DNA of 64,000 nucleotides from a virus (IMGVR_UViG_2721755710_000007:1-64000); one strand, 5' to 3'. Counted from the first letter of the stretch, positions 33,178-44,034 are shown. The notes: generated by a model from the letters alone, not told the origin. Made by a program: numbers and translations.

Positions 33178-33455
33178 GTGACCTCCTGATGTGAAATCAC
33201 TATACCGAAGTGGTTTTTATTTTTTTTCACAAACAGGACTTTTTTCAGTGATTTTTTTCTGAGAATTATGAGGGGCGTGTCGTTGGTGCGATGCATACCG
33301 ATAGTGAATAACACCAGATGAGCTCGGGAACGGCATAGCGGGGTGTACTTATGTTCGGCAGAAAAGTAGCTTTTTCTGCAATGGGTATTCCTGATCCGGT
33401 GATTTGAAAAGTGCTGTTTTACTTACTAAGTTATACATATATCTAGTGCCACTTT

Positions 33456-33612
33456 TTAATCAAAAGTGACCCTAGGTTTTTTGCGCATAGTGCCACTTTT
33501 TAAAAAAGTGACCCTATGTCCTGTCTACATAGGGTCACTTTTCACAAAGAAGTGACCCTATGTCGAGGCTCCATAGGGCCACTTTTCAGCAAAAAGTGAC
33601 CCTATGTAATAG
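33456..33612. repeat. array of four tandem palindromic units (core AAAAGTGACCCTATGT / ACATAGGGTCACTTTT)
   Basis: Units begin near 33456, 33489, 33527, 33571; each has 12-14 bp inverted arms around a short spacer. Confidence 0.8.
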
Positions 33613-34189
33613 CCATTGTTAATCAATCGGAAAAATATTCATGCTAGCTCGCTCTTATCGCTAAGGTTATTGCTGCTTTCTGCCGATAACAGTGCAAGTT
33701 TTGCGATTTTTTTAAGCGCTTCACAGTTCGTTAGCAAGCTCAGTTTTTTTTGATAAAATTCTGGTCAGTTTGTTTAAAAAGTGTTACAAGTAAGGCGAAT
33801 GGTTGAATGGTTAGTTTTAAGACTCAAATCGGCAGTATTAAAATTCCAAAAGTAGCTTTTCATACTTCAAAAAACCAAACTTTAATTTCATGTAGAAGAG
33901 TTGTACTATTGTATTGACTCAAGGACAATCCGACATGTCAGAATCAGATAACATAACGCGTAACTATTACGTACCGAGGTTTCGATTATTCGTAGTTACC
34001 GTGCATTCCTAATGTTATTGCCTATCCATGATCTTCTTCGTATCAATCAGGGTCTCCACTCTTGCAACGCCGTCTATTTGGAGACGGATTTGGGACAATG
34101 ACTGATAATGCATTTGAAGTTGAAACTCGTCCGGGAAGTTTCCTCGTTCCACGTTCTTTAGGCAAAGAGATTTCCTGGGATAATTTTTT

Positions 34190-34720
34190 ATGGCTGTTGT
34201 CGATGGTGACACTAACGTTATTCGAGAATATGACAGTGACGATGCTGACTTCGGTATTTACAATGCTGGGGAAAAAGTTACTTTACTGTGTGGCCGGGAA
34301 GACTTTTATAATCCGACAAAAATTCAGCAGTTACGCTCTAAGTGTGTAGATATACAAAATGATTACTTTATTCAAATCTTCTTTATGTCAATGCTTGCAC
34401 CTGAGTTTGTCAGCATATTTTTTGGATTAAAGCCTGCCACCGCAGATGCAATAAAAGATGTTGGCGTTTCATCACTTAAAGCAATTAACGATGTTGTTCT
34501 CTTTCCGCGAACAATTGCCTTTACGCCAGGACTGGGGGATGATAGCACTACGTTAAAATCTAAAGTATTCGCCAGGGCATACGAATTATCTGCCGACATT
34601 CGTTTGGGTAAAGTTAGTGATGACTTAATGGAACTACTGCGTTACGACACTATGTTTACGTGTCACCGTCAGGATGTGTTTAACTCATTAGCAAATAAAG
34701 TGCTCTTGAAGGATTATTGA
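34190..34720 (+). CDS. hypothetical protein, 176 aa (an upstream out-of-frame ORF 34062-34349 may be a frameshifted N-terminus)
   Basis: ORF divergent from the two-gene operon; ends 7 bp before IS1 copy 3. Confidence 0.4.
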   Translation: MAVVDGDTNVIREYDSDDADFGIYNAGEKVTLLCGREDFYNPTKIQQLRSKCVDIQNDYFIQIFFMSMLAPEFVSIFFGLKPATADAIKDVGVSSLKAINDVVLFPRTIAFTPGLGDDSTTLKSKVFARAYELSADIRLGKVSDDLMELLRYDTMFTCHRQDVFNSLANKVLLKDY

Positions 34721-34726
34721 ATATGG

Positions 34727-35494
34727 GGTAATGACTCCAACTTATTGATAGTGTTTTATGTTCAGATAATGCCCGATGACTTTGTCATGCAGCTCCACCG
34801 ATTTTGAGAACGACAGCGACTTCCGTCCCAGCCGTGCCAGGTGCTGCCTCAGATTCAGGTTATGCCGCTCAATTCGCTGCGTATATCGCTTGCTGATTAC
34901 GTGCAGCTTTCCCTTCAGGCGGGATTCATACAGCGGCCAGCCATCCGTCATCCATATCACCACGTCAAAGGGTGACAGCAGGCTCATAAGACGCCCCAGC
35001 GTCGCCATAGTGCGTTCACCGAATACGTGCGCAACAACCGTCTTCCGGAGACTGTCATACGCGTAAAACAGCCAGCGCTGGCGCGATTTAGCCCCGACAT
35101 AGCCCCACTGTTCGTCCATTTCCGCGCAGACGATGACGTCACTGCCCGGCTGTATGCGCGAGGTTACCGACTGCGGCCTGAGTTTTTTAAGTGACGTAAA
35201 ATCGTGTTGAGGCCAACGCCCATAATGCGGGCAGTTGCCCGGCATCCAACGCCATTCATGGCCATATCAATGATTTTCTGGTGCGTACCGGGTTGAGAAG
35301 CGGTGTAAGTGAACTGCAGTTGCCATGTTTTACGGCAGTGAGAGCAGAGATAGCGCTGATGTCCGGCGGTGCTTTTGCCGTTACGCACCACCCCGTCAGT
35401 AGCTGAACAGGAGGGACAGCTGATAGAAACAGAAGCCACTGGAGCACCTCAAAAACACCATCATACACTAAATCAGTAAGTTGGCAGCATCACC
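34727..35494 (-). mobile_element. IS1, copy 3
   Basis: Identical to copy 2, same orientation, with insA/insB ORFs (35164-35439, 34742-35245). Confidence 0.95.
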
Positions 35495-36968
35495 TATCAA
35501 TGGCCTGGGCAATACTTTCCGTCGAAAATGATTGCAACATATTGCCGATATCCTCAAATCCAAGTGATTTGAGAGCCTCACCAATGGCGCTGCTAATACC
35601 AGATACCAGTCCCCCCATATCAAGAACATTAGCTAACGTATAAGCGGCTTTTTGCTGGAATGATGGATCTTGTCCTGATTTAAGCCCAAACGCTCGACGT
35701 TGCGCTTCTGTATCATTCCAACCGGTTACCGCATCATAAATACCTCCAGCCACTGTGCCGACTAGGGGAATTGCGCGTAACGCCCCTTTACCAACTGCCT
35801 TTAATCCAAGTTTACCTGCTGCCCGGGCAGCCAAATCTCCGCCTTCATGGGCGAGAGTCTTCTTGCCACCACCGCGTAGCATTCCTACAAGTTTCTTTGC
35901 CCCCAGAGCGCCAAAAGCGAGTGCTCCAGCTTTTTTCAGCATGCCACGCCCCATTAACAACGACGCGACGCCACCGGCCCCCTTCCCTAACAGGCTAAAT
36001 AGTTTGGACAGCAAGCCGCCCTTCTTTTTCCCGGTGTTTTTGGCTATCTGATCAAGGGCACGGAGAATCTTGTCATTGCCCTCTTTAATTTCGCTGGTCT
36101 GCTCCTGAAGTTCCTGAACCGTCCGTTTTTGGGTGTTAACCTGAACGACATCGGCACTATTTTGCGATTTACGCCTAAAAAAACCTTTTCTACGGCTGTT
36201 ATCGTCGTTGCCACGAATCACATCGGCAATAGACTTTCTGGCACCATTAAGCGATCCACCAACTTCTTTTGATATCCCGCCAAGCTCCTTCCCTGCTGCC
36301 CACAATGGACCAGCAACGGCATAACCTAACGCATCGACGGCACGAGTCTCTGAAGGGTTACCTATGCCTTCAGCTACTTTTGACAGTTTTTTTAATAAAC
36401 CTGATTCAGCATTTAGACGCTCATCATCCTCTTTGCGCCTGGCCTTTTCAGCACGTTCAGCACGGGCATCTTCCGCTGCGGCCTTACTCCCTGACTTTCC
36501 AATAAAACGACCACGCGCATCGCGTTGGTTTTGGCTTTTTTGCGCACCGCCTTTTTGACCGAACATTTCGCGAGCGTGTTCGGCTGCTTCGGTCCGTTGC
36601 GCCTTTACATCTTCTGTTATAGCCTTCTTGCGTCGTTTTTTACCCTTTCGCGTAGTTGATTTGGCCTGCGGTTCCTGTAGAGCAACATCCTCCTGAACTA
36701 CACGAGAAACGTCCCCTAAATTAAGCCGTTTCATTGCCTCAACAATAGGGTCCACTGATGGCGCATTGGCCACAAAGTCTGGCCGGGAATTTTCGATTGT
36801 GCGATTTAATGCCGACACACTGCGAGAGACAGGATCAACTGTAGCAACTCGCCCACCTTTCAAATCTTCAACGGCTTCCCGAATACCTGCAAGCTCTTCC
36901 AGCTCTTTTGCGCTGGCGGTTTCAACCGTCCTTATCACATCGTCAATGTTGGCGTTTTTTCTTTCCAT
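35490..36968 (-). pseudogene. phage structural protein (tape-measure/Sit-like), C-terminally truncated by IS1
   Basis: 492-codon ORF whose last sense codon and stop lie in the IS1 terminal repeat; Gly/Lys/Ala-rich tape-measure-like composition. Confidence 0.5.
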
Positions 36969-37049
36969 GATCTTATCGCCTACCGCTTCGGTTTAAGTTT
37001 TTCTTCCAGTTTCTCCAACAGGAAAAACGCATAGGATTCAGTGAGCCTT

Positions 37050-37931
37050 TCAGCGTCCTGAATCGGTATACCCCCATACAAAACCAGGTTGGACACTAAG
37101 GTCTGATAGCTTTTCAATCCCCACCTGTGGAATGAAGTCGGTAGCCCGAAAGGGCACCCACAGACGGGTATACGCACCCTCTGTGGACTCCTTTGTATCC
37201 TGGTTTGGGCATTTGTGCGGCGGGAGACGAAGACGCATTTCGCCTTTATCGATGTAGCACGGTAAACCATGTTCGAGCTTTTCATGAGCCAGCCGGATGT
37301 GTGCCGCCAGCTTCATAAATTCAGTATCAATGGCCATCCGTTTGATCGTTTCATAACGACGCTCAGCCTGCTCTTCACGAGTACCGCTAACATCGTTATA
37401 AAGTTCACACTGATAAGCGAATTCCCAAAAACGCAAATCAACGATCGCTTCTTTGAATTCCGCGTCGTCTTCAGGTGGCAATGCTGCACGGCGCATCTCC
37501 AGCATTTCCATTGCCCAACCATCAAGCGGCACGATACGCCATTGATAAGGCACGCCCTCTACAGACACCTCAATATCGTCAATGAACGGTTCCACTTCCA
37601 GGACCTGGATATCTTCAGCCAGAGCATTCATATCGCAATCGTAATAATGCTCTTTACCGCAATGTTTACAGGTGTAGGTGAATGTCTCGACCGGTGTTTC
37701 ACGGGAGCCGGTAAATATCCACCATAACGCGGTAATCCGGTCCTGCGCCGTCCATGTCAGGGGATCATGTTTCGCGGGTTCAGCCAGCAAGGCTTTTAAA
37801 TACGCCGTTGTCTGTTGTTCTTGTTCCTCCGGTGTTATCGAGTTGAAACGCATCGCATCAGCAATATTTGGCTGACGGAACTGGATCAATTCAGTTGGCC
37901 GCGATGGTAGCGGGAAAAGGGGTAAAAGCAT
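37050..37931 (-). CDS. hypothetical phage protein (293 aa)
   Basis: ORF in a co-oriented cluster; CxxC...CxxxxxC motif. Confidence 0.45.
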   Translation of the reverse strand: MLLPLFPLPSRPTELIQFRQPNIADAMRFNSITPEEQEQQTTAYLKALLAEPAKHDPLTWTAQDRITALWWIFTGSRETPVETFTYTCKHCGKEHYYDCDMNALAEDIQVLEVEPFIDDIEVSVEGVPYQWRIVPLDGWAMEMLEMRRAALPPEDDAEFKEAIVDLRFWEFAYQCELYNDVSGTREEQAERRYETIKRMAIDTEFMKLAAHIRLAHEKLEHGLPCYIDKGEMRLRLPPHKCPNQDTKESTEGAYTRLWVPFRATDFIPQVGIEKLSDLSVQPGFVWGYTDSGR

Positions 37932-37945
37932 CCTTGCTCCTTAAT

Positions 37946-38557
37946 TCAAAGAGAAAAACTAAAGCCCAGAAGGGAAGCCAAAGAACTTGAGGATTGGTTA
38001 AACGTGCTGTGCAATGCGAAGGTCATTGGGAATGACTTAAATTCCGTAACCTGATCCCGCGCATAGGTGACATCGCCGGTAGTGACCGGGAATACCGTCA
38101 TCTCATTTTCCAGTTTGGTTAAGCCGGAAGACAGCAACCGATAAATACGCACATTGAGCAAATATTTAGACGGTATATTCCCGGTACCGTCCGGATTGAT
38201 CACCCGACTTTTTGCCGTCTTAAACCAGTCTAAAACGAGGCCATCAACGGTATCCCTGACCATCATTGTTATCTGCCCAGGCGAACGCTCCGTTGGTTGA
38301 AGGATATTCCCTCCGCCGATTTTAATCGTTTCATATTCGATGCTGTAATCGTGGTAGGTAATGTCTTTGGCAAAGAAGTCTGCCCCCTCCAGTCCATCAA
38401 CTTCGACAGAGAACTGCCATCCTTGCGCGAACAGCATTTTGTTCATGATGATTGACGTCAGCTTACCAACTTCCCGCTCACCAACGCCGGAGCCAAATAA
38501 TGTCGTCGTTAATGCCGAAGATACATAAGACTTTACTGAAGCAACATTAAGCCCCAT
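37946..38557 (-). CDS. hypothetical phage structural protein (203 aa)
   Basis: Tightly spaced ORF in the same cluster. Confidence 0.45.
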   Translation of the reverse strand: MGLNVASVKSYVSSALTTTLFGSGVGEREVGKLTSIIMNKMLFAQGWQFSVEVDGLEGADFFAKDITYHDYSIEYETIKIGGGNILQPTERSPGQITMMVRDTVDGLVLDWFKTAKSRVINPDGTGNIPSKYLLNVRIYRLLSSGLTKLENEMTVFPVTTGDVTYARDQVTEFKSFPMTFALHSTFNQSSSSLASLLGFSFSL

Positions 38558-38567
38558 ATCAGCCCCC

Positions 38568-39158
<591 letters not shown>

Positions 39159-39214
39159 TTAACAGATTCTACGAGTTGTCATTTGTGACAGTATGCTCGC
39201 AATCGTAGTGATTA

Positions 39215-39754
39215 CTACCACCAACTGCTAGCTTTCTTCTCTCTAGCTTTTCCTTCGCTTTGCAGTAAATCTTTACTTCCTGTAGAAATATTTCTATTTG
39301 CATCAGCCTCAGACTGAATTACATCTGTCTTAGCTGCTCTCTCCTTCAACTCCTGCTCTATAAAATCGTTTTCTCGCTGGACACGAGCCGCTTTTGCTTG
39401 CAGTTCGAGTTTCATGCTTTCGAGTTGCAGCTTGCGAAGCTCATCCTCATAAGCTTGATCTCGCTTCTTGTCATTTGCTAGCTCGGCTTCTCGTTTCGCT
39501 CTACGTTCATTTTCTGCAGCAACACGCTGTTTTTCGCGTGCAGCAGCGGCAGATGCTGCTTTTTCTCTTCTAATACGTTCAGCTTGTGCTTGTTGGCGAA
39601 TAAGTTCTTTTCTGGCATCCTCAGCTTGCTGCTCTTTAGCTCGCCCTTCATTTTCCGCTTGAGCAATAGCAGCAATTTGACTTTGCAACGAGTTAGCCAA
39701 GGCAGTGCCTACACTAAACGTAGAAAAGATTAGAAATAAAATAATTTTATTCAT
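39215..39754 (-). CDS. secreted coiled-coil protein (179 aa)
   Basis: N-terminal signal peptide, then Ala/Glu/Arg/Lys-rich coiled coil. Confidence 0.45.
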   Translation of the reverse strand: MNKIILFLIFSTFSVGTALANSLQSQIAAIAQAENEGRAKEQQAEDARKELIRQQAQAERIRREKAASAAAAREKQRVAAENERRAKREAELANDKKRDQAYEDELRKLQLESMKLELQAKAARVQRENDFIEQELKERAAKTDVIQSEADANRNISTGSKDLLQSEGKAREKKASSWW

Positions 39755-39757
39755 AAA

Positions 39758-40279
39758 TTATTTCTTTTCTGGACAAGTAGCATTTGGCTGAATTCGAGTT
39801 TCATTATCTTTAGTTGAAATAAGCACAGCAAGCCCCGTTGTAAACTGGCATGCTTTACCAACTTGAGTTGAAGTGAACACCTTAGTTCCTTCTTTATAAG
39901 TCAGTGAAACACCTTCAACAATTGTTTTATCACTAACCAAAGAACCAGCCGCTGCACCAAGAGCCGCACCACCAGTACCGCCAGCTACAGCACCCAGTGT
40001 CGATGTGCCTTTAACATTATAACCGGCAACGCCCCCAGCAACAGCTCCCAGTACCGCACCAAATGTCTGTGCCGCTTCTTTATTAGCTTTATTATCAACT
40101 TTCACTTTAGCTGGAAGCACAGAGATAATATTGACTGTCTTTGTTTCCTGCTTCGAATTCAATTGAGCGGTATCATAAACATCGGCAGCATAATCAGCAC
40201 CGCTAGATTGACACCCAGAAAGAAGAATTGCAGATACAACAAGAGCGCATAAAGTATACTTTTTAGACATAAGAATCAT
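39758..40279 (-). CDS. lipoprotein with glycine-zipper region (173 aa)
   Basis: Lipobox LSGC; GAVAGGxxG repeats. Confidence 0.5.
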   Translation of the reverse strand: MILMSKKYTLCALVVSAILLSGCQSSGADYAADVYDTAQLNSKQETKTVNIISVLPAKVKVDNKANKEAAQTFGAVLGAVAGGVAGYNVKGTSTLGAVAGGTGGAALGAAAGSLVSDKTIVEGVSLTYKEGTKVFTSTQVGKACQFTTGLAVLISTKDNETRIQPNATCPEKK

Positions 40280-40560
40280 CCCAGAAAAACAAAAACCGGC
40301 GAGAAGTTACCACGAGAACGGAAAGTAAACAAGAATACTCCCATTGACTTATATCAAATAATCAACTTTTTATAAGCTATCCCTAACTTATTGTGTATAG
40401 CTGAAAAGTCAGAGATAAGTTCACCATCTGCATTATTTCTTAAGTTAATAGTTTATTGCTAACTTAATTTATGTATCGACTATTGATATCCATCTTAAAG
40501 TAACAATATCCCTCTGCATTATTTTTCATCACAAATAATACATCTATTGCACTACGCTCA

Positions 40561-40577
40561 CCTGCTCTAATAAATTT
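40561..40577 (+). promoter_or_regulatory. C1 operator-like site upstream of c4-icd-ant
   Basis: cctgctctaataaattt in AT-rich promoter region. Confidence 0.45.
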
Positions 40578-40769
40578 GTATTTTTAAGTCGCGAATGCTA
40601 TCTTTTCGCATCATATTGACCTTTTAATCGTTCAGGCTTATAGTTTCGCCGTCGTAGCAAATTCTGCGACCAGGTTTGACAGCCTGAATGATTGTGCGGA
40701 CAACCGCAGATTTCCGATATTGCGGTATTTTTGTGTCCGTTAAACCGCGTTACGCCCAAATTATGGTGG

Positions 40770-40855
40770 GGCGTGATGGGGAGGCTTCGGCCTGCTGGTT
40801 TCACAATCGCCAGTCTGTCAACCCTGTCACGTCCTGCCACCTGTTTGACAGCGGG
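40770..40855 (+). ncRNA. c4: candidate c4 antisense immunity RNA
   Basis: Segment containing tcacaatc and ctgtcaa, complementary to paired targets ttgacag/gattgtg at 40668-40688 and 40845-40880; boundaries approximate. Confidence 0.4.
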
Positions 40856-40891
40856 TAGCAGGTTGTTAAACCTGATTGTGAGGCCGTAACT

Positions 40892-41113
40892 ATGGTTAAT
40901 GCCAATCCTTGCGCACGCCCAGAATTCATCTGGCGTTTCTATTCCTGTAAAAAACACCACTATCACTTCGTTATCGCAGCAACTGAAGACGAAGCACGCT
41001 CTCAATTGCCTGATGGCCCCTGCATTTTTACTGCCCGTTTTTCAACTAACTCGCGCAATTCACTTAGTTACTGGAGCCTCCCCTTCTCTGCCGACGTTCA
41101 GGGGGGTTTATGA
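40892..41113 (+). CDS. icd: Icd, interference with cell division (73 aa)
   Basis: 73-aa ORF overlapping the start of ant, downstream of the candidate c4 region. Confidence 0.65.
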   Translation: MVNANPCARPEFIWRFYSCKKHHYHFVIAATEDEARSQLPDGPCIFTARFSTNSRNSLSYWSLPFSADVQGGL

Positions 41114-42144
41114 AAACACCTCTCGTCACCCGTAATGAAATAGCCGAAGCGATCGCCTTGCATACTGCCTGTATGCCGACACGGGAGATCCCCGGCGCAA
41201 TTGCTAACTATTTCATGATAACCAGACGTTTTTATACCCGAACAGATAAGGCTGTGATCAACAGGCTACTGATAGCCGAGATCAGGGATTATTTGATTGA
41301 ACAAGGACGTCTACGTTACGCAACAGTGGCAGCAGAAATGAGAAAGGAGGCACATAGAATGACCGGTAATAATTTAAATGTTGAAAAACCAGCACCTGTT
41401 GCTTCAGCTACGCCAGCACCAGCCCTGAATGTCATCCCCAACACCGGAGACACAATCGACAGCCAAACATTGTTGAAGATGGTCAATGAGGCACGGAAAT
41501 TATGTAGCGAAAAACCAGTTCGCAACAATGATTTCATTGCCAGAGTTAAGGATGAGCTTGAAGGAGAAACCTACGAAATTTTCGTAGGTCAAAAAAACGG
41601 CGCAGAAATAGATATTATAACCATGACCTACAAACAAGCCCTGCGAGTTGCCGCGCGCGAGTCAAAAGCGGTCCGCCGTTCGCTGATCGACAAACTGGAA
41701 GAATTGCAGCAGGCAAACTCCCCTACCCCATCGATCCCCCAAACATTACCAGAAGCTCTACGCCTGGCTGCCGAGTTGGCAGAACAGAAAATGCAGTTGG
41801 AACAACAGCTGGTGGCCGCAGCCCCTAAAGTCGATTTTGCCGACCGGGTATCAGCGGCTAATGGAATCCTGATCGGGGACTTTGCAAAGGTCGTTGGACT
41901 TAAGCAAAACGCCCTTTTCTCATGGTTGCGCCAGAACGGCATTCTCATGGCTTTTGGTGCGCGCAAAAACGTACCGCGCCAGCAGTACATTAACGCCGGG
42001 TATTTCACGGTGAAAGAAGTGGTGCTGGATGATGAAAATGGCTACCAGATACGGCTGACGCCCCAATTAACGGGTAAAGGCCAGCAGTGGTTAACTCGCA
42101 AGCTACTTGATGCTGGTTTGTTAAAACCAGTAGCAATAGGTTAA
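41110..42144 (+). CDS. ant: antirepressor Ant (344 aa)
   Basis: C-terminal region shares a motif with the next gene (LPEALRLAAELAEQK...); position after icd as in P1. Confidence 0.65.
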   Translation: MKTPLVTRNEIAEAIALHTACMPTREIPGAIANYFMITRRFYTRTDKAVINRLLIAEIRDYLIEQGRLRYATVAAEMRKEAHRMTGNNLNVEKPAPVASATPAPALNVIPNTGDTIDSQTLLKMVNEARKLCSEKPVRNNDFIARVKDELEGETYEIFVGQKNGAEIDIITMTYKQALRVAARESKAVRRSLIDKLEELQQANSPTPSIPQTLPEALRLAAELAEQKMQLEQQLVAAAPKVDFADRVSAANGILIGDFAKVVGLKQNALFSWLRQNGILMAFGARKNVPRQQYINAGYFTVKEVVLDDENGYQIRLTPQLTGKGQQWLTRKLLDAGLLKPVAIG

Positions 42145-42221
42145 CAAAAGAAAAAACCTGCCAGCTAACTGGCAGGTTTCTGAGCAGATCGTCCAACCCG
42201 ATCTGGATCGAGTCAGAAAAA

Positions 42222-42238
42222 TTTGCTCTAATAAATTT
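42222..42238 (+). promoter_or_regulatory. C1 operator-like site
   Basis: tttgctctaataaattt upstream of the kilA-like gene. Confidence 0.5.
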
Positions 42239-42307
42239 CGTTTTCTAAGTGCAAAGAATCACCATTTCGAGCTGGTGATTGAAGGTTGATGCAAATTTGG
42301 AGAAAAA

Positions 42308-43108
42308 ATGCAACAAACATTCAATGCGGATATGAATATATCAAACCTTCATCAAAATGTCGATCCTTCCACCACTCTGCCCGTTATTTGTGGTGTTGAA
42401 ATTACGACCGACCGCGCTGGCCGTTACAACCTTAATGCTCTACACAGAGCGAGCGGACTCGGTGCCCATAAAGCGCCAGCTCAATGGCTAAGAACGCTGT
42501 CAGCCAAACAGCTCATCGAAGAGCTGGAAAAAGAAACTATGCAGAATTGCATAGTTTCGTTCGAAGGCCGTGGCGGCGGCACTTTTGCCCATGAATTGCT
42601 CGCAGTGGAGTACGCTGGTTGGATTTCTCCCGCGTTTCGGCTGAAGGTAAACCAGACATTTATCGACTATCGCGCTGGAAGATTACAACCTGCTATTCCG
42701 AAGAGCCTCCCAGAAGCTCTCCGTTTGGCTGCTGACCTGGCAGAGCAAAAGCAACGGCTGGAGCAAAAAATGCTGATGGATGCACCTAAAGTCGAATTCG
42801 CCGAACGCGTTGCTACCGCCAGCGGGGTTCTAATCGGCAACTATGCCAAAGTGCTCGGCCTGGGCCAAAACTATCTCTTCACCTGGTTGCGTGATAACGG
42901 AATTCTGATCGCAACCGGTGAACGCAGGAACGTCCCCAAACAAGAATACATATCCCGTGGGTATTTCACCCTTAAAGAAACCGTGATCGATACAAGCAAT
43001 GGAAGCAGGATTTCTTTCACGACTCGTATAACCGGCAAAGGTCAGCAGTGGCTGATGAAGCGATTGCTTGATGCTGGTGTGCTGGTACCTGTCGCGGCAA
43101 CGCGCTAA
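42308..43108 (+). CDS. kilA: KilA-like protein (266 aa)
   Basis: Position between ant and repL; C-terminal domain paralogous to Ant. Confidence 0.55.
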   Translation: MQQTFNADMNISNLHQNVDPSTTLPVICGVEITTDRAGRYNLNALHRASGLGAHKAPAQWLRTLSAKQLIEELEKETMQNCIVSFEGRGGGTFAHELLAVEYAGWISPAFRLKVNQTFIDYRAGRLQPAIPKSLPEALRLAADLAEQKQRLEQKMLMDAPKVEFAERVATASGVLIGNYAKVLGLGQNYLFTWLRDNGILIATGERRNVPKQEYISRGYFTLKETVIDTSNGSRISFTTRITGKGQQWLMKRLLDAGVLVPVAATR

Positions 43109-43137
43109 CAGACGTAGTAAGAACCACCAGCATTGTA

Positions 43138-43983
43138 ATGCTGGCTAAAGTCACTTTCCTGAGCTGTATAACGATGAGCGATTTTACTTTTTCTGGCTAT
43201 GAATTGGCCTTCTTTGTAACACACTCCGGTCTATCCCGTAGCGCCGGGCATATCCTGTCGCAATGTGCAAATCTCGCGGCAACAACCAGTGAATACTTCA
43301 TTCACAAGCCCCACCGCCTGATCGCGGCAGAAACTGGTTATAGCCAATCAACCGTCGTTCGTGCATTCCGTGAAGCTGTAAACAAAGGAATTCTATCTGT
43401 AGAGATTGTTATCGGCGATCACCGTGAACGTCGCGCTAACCTGTACCGGTTTACACCATCCTTTTTGGCCTTCGCACAACAAACCAAAAATGCGCTGATT
43501 GAAAGCAAATTAAAGATCTCTTCAGCGGCAACCAAGGTTAAAGCTGTTCTCGCTAAGACATTGGCTTTATTTGATTTTTTATCCACACCCCCATGTCAAA
43601 ATGATACCCCCTCCCCCTGTCAGGATGACGTGGCAATAAAGAATAAGAAGTCACAAGTTAAAAAAACAAAAAGATCAGTTTCCGGCGGTGCCGGAACGAC
43701 CAGACTCAAAAAATTGACTTCATGGATCGCTGAGGCAAAAGCAAAGGCTGACAATCTGCGGTTATCCAAAAAACGCGCTCAAAAACATGAGTTCAAGCAG
43801 AAAGTAGAGGCGGCTGCGCGGAAATATGCTTACCTGAAGAACAAGCGTTCGCCTGATATTGGCGGGATATCAAACTTCGATAATCTACCGCATTGCATGA
43901 CGGTAAACGAAGCTCTTAATGCGGTTTTAGCCAAAAATAAAGATAACGAAAAATGGGGTATACCGGCAGGATTCAGGGGGTGA
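43138..43983 (+). CDS. repL: RepL lytic replication protein (281 aa)
   Basis: 281-aa ORF (MLAKVTFLSCITMSDFTFSGYELAFFVTHSGLSRSAG...) recognised as RepL. Confidence 0.8.
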   Translation: MLAKVTFLSCITMSDFTFSGYELAFFVTHSGLSRSAGHILSQCANLAATTSEYFIHKPHRLIAAETGYSQSTVVRAFREAVNKGILSVEIVIGDHRERRANLYRFTPSFLAFAQQTKNALIESKLKISSAATKVKAVLAKTLALFDFLSTPPCQNDTPSPCQDDVAIKNKKSQVKKTKRSVSGGAGTTRLKKLTSWIAEAKAKADNLRLSKKRAQKHEFKQKVEAAARKYAYLKNKRSPDIGGISNFDNLPHCMTVNEALNAVLAKNKDNEKWGIPAGFRG

Positions 43984-43986
43984 TAG

Positions 43987-44003
43987 ATTGCTCTAATCTG
44001 GAG
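43987..44003 (+). promoter_or_regulatory. C1 operator-like site
   Basis: attgctctaatctggag. Confidence 0.45.
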
Positions 44004-44034
44004 TCACCTGGCGTTTTCAGTTTGAGGTCGGAGA

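Noticed and set aside
33456-33612. Repeat array considered as a possible CRISPR array
   Set aside because: Only four units, each internally palindromic with spacers of only a few bp between the inverted arms, and no cas genes nearby; better explained as protein-binding operators.
35755-36558. Pro/Ala/Ser-rich plus-strand ORFs
   Set aside because: Antisense to the Gly/Lys/Ala-rich tape-measure-like gene; compositional artefacts.
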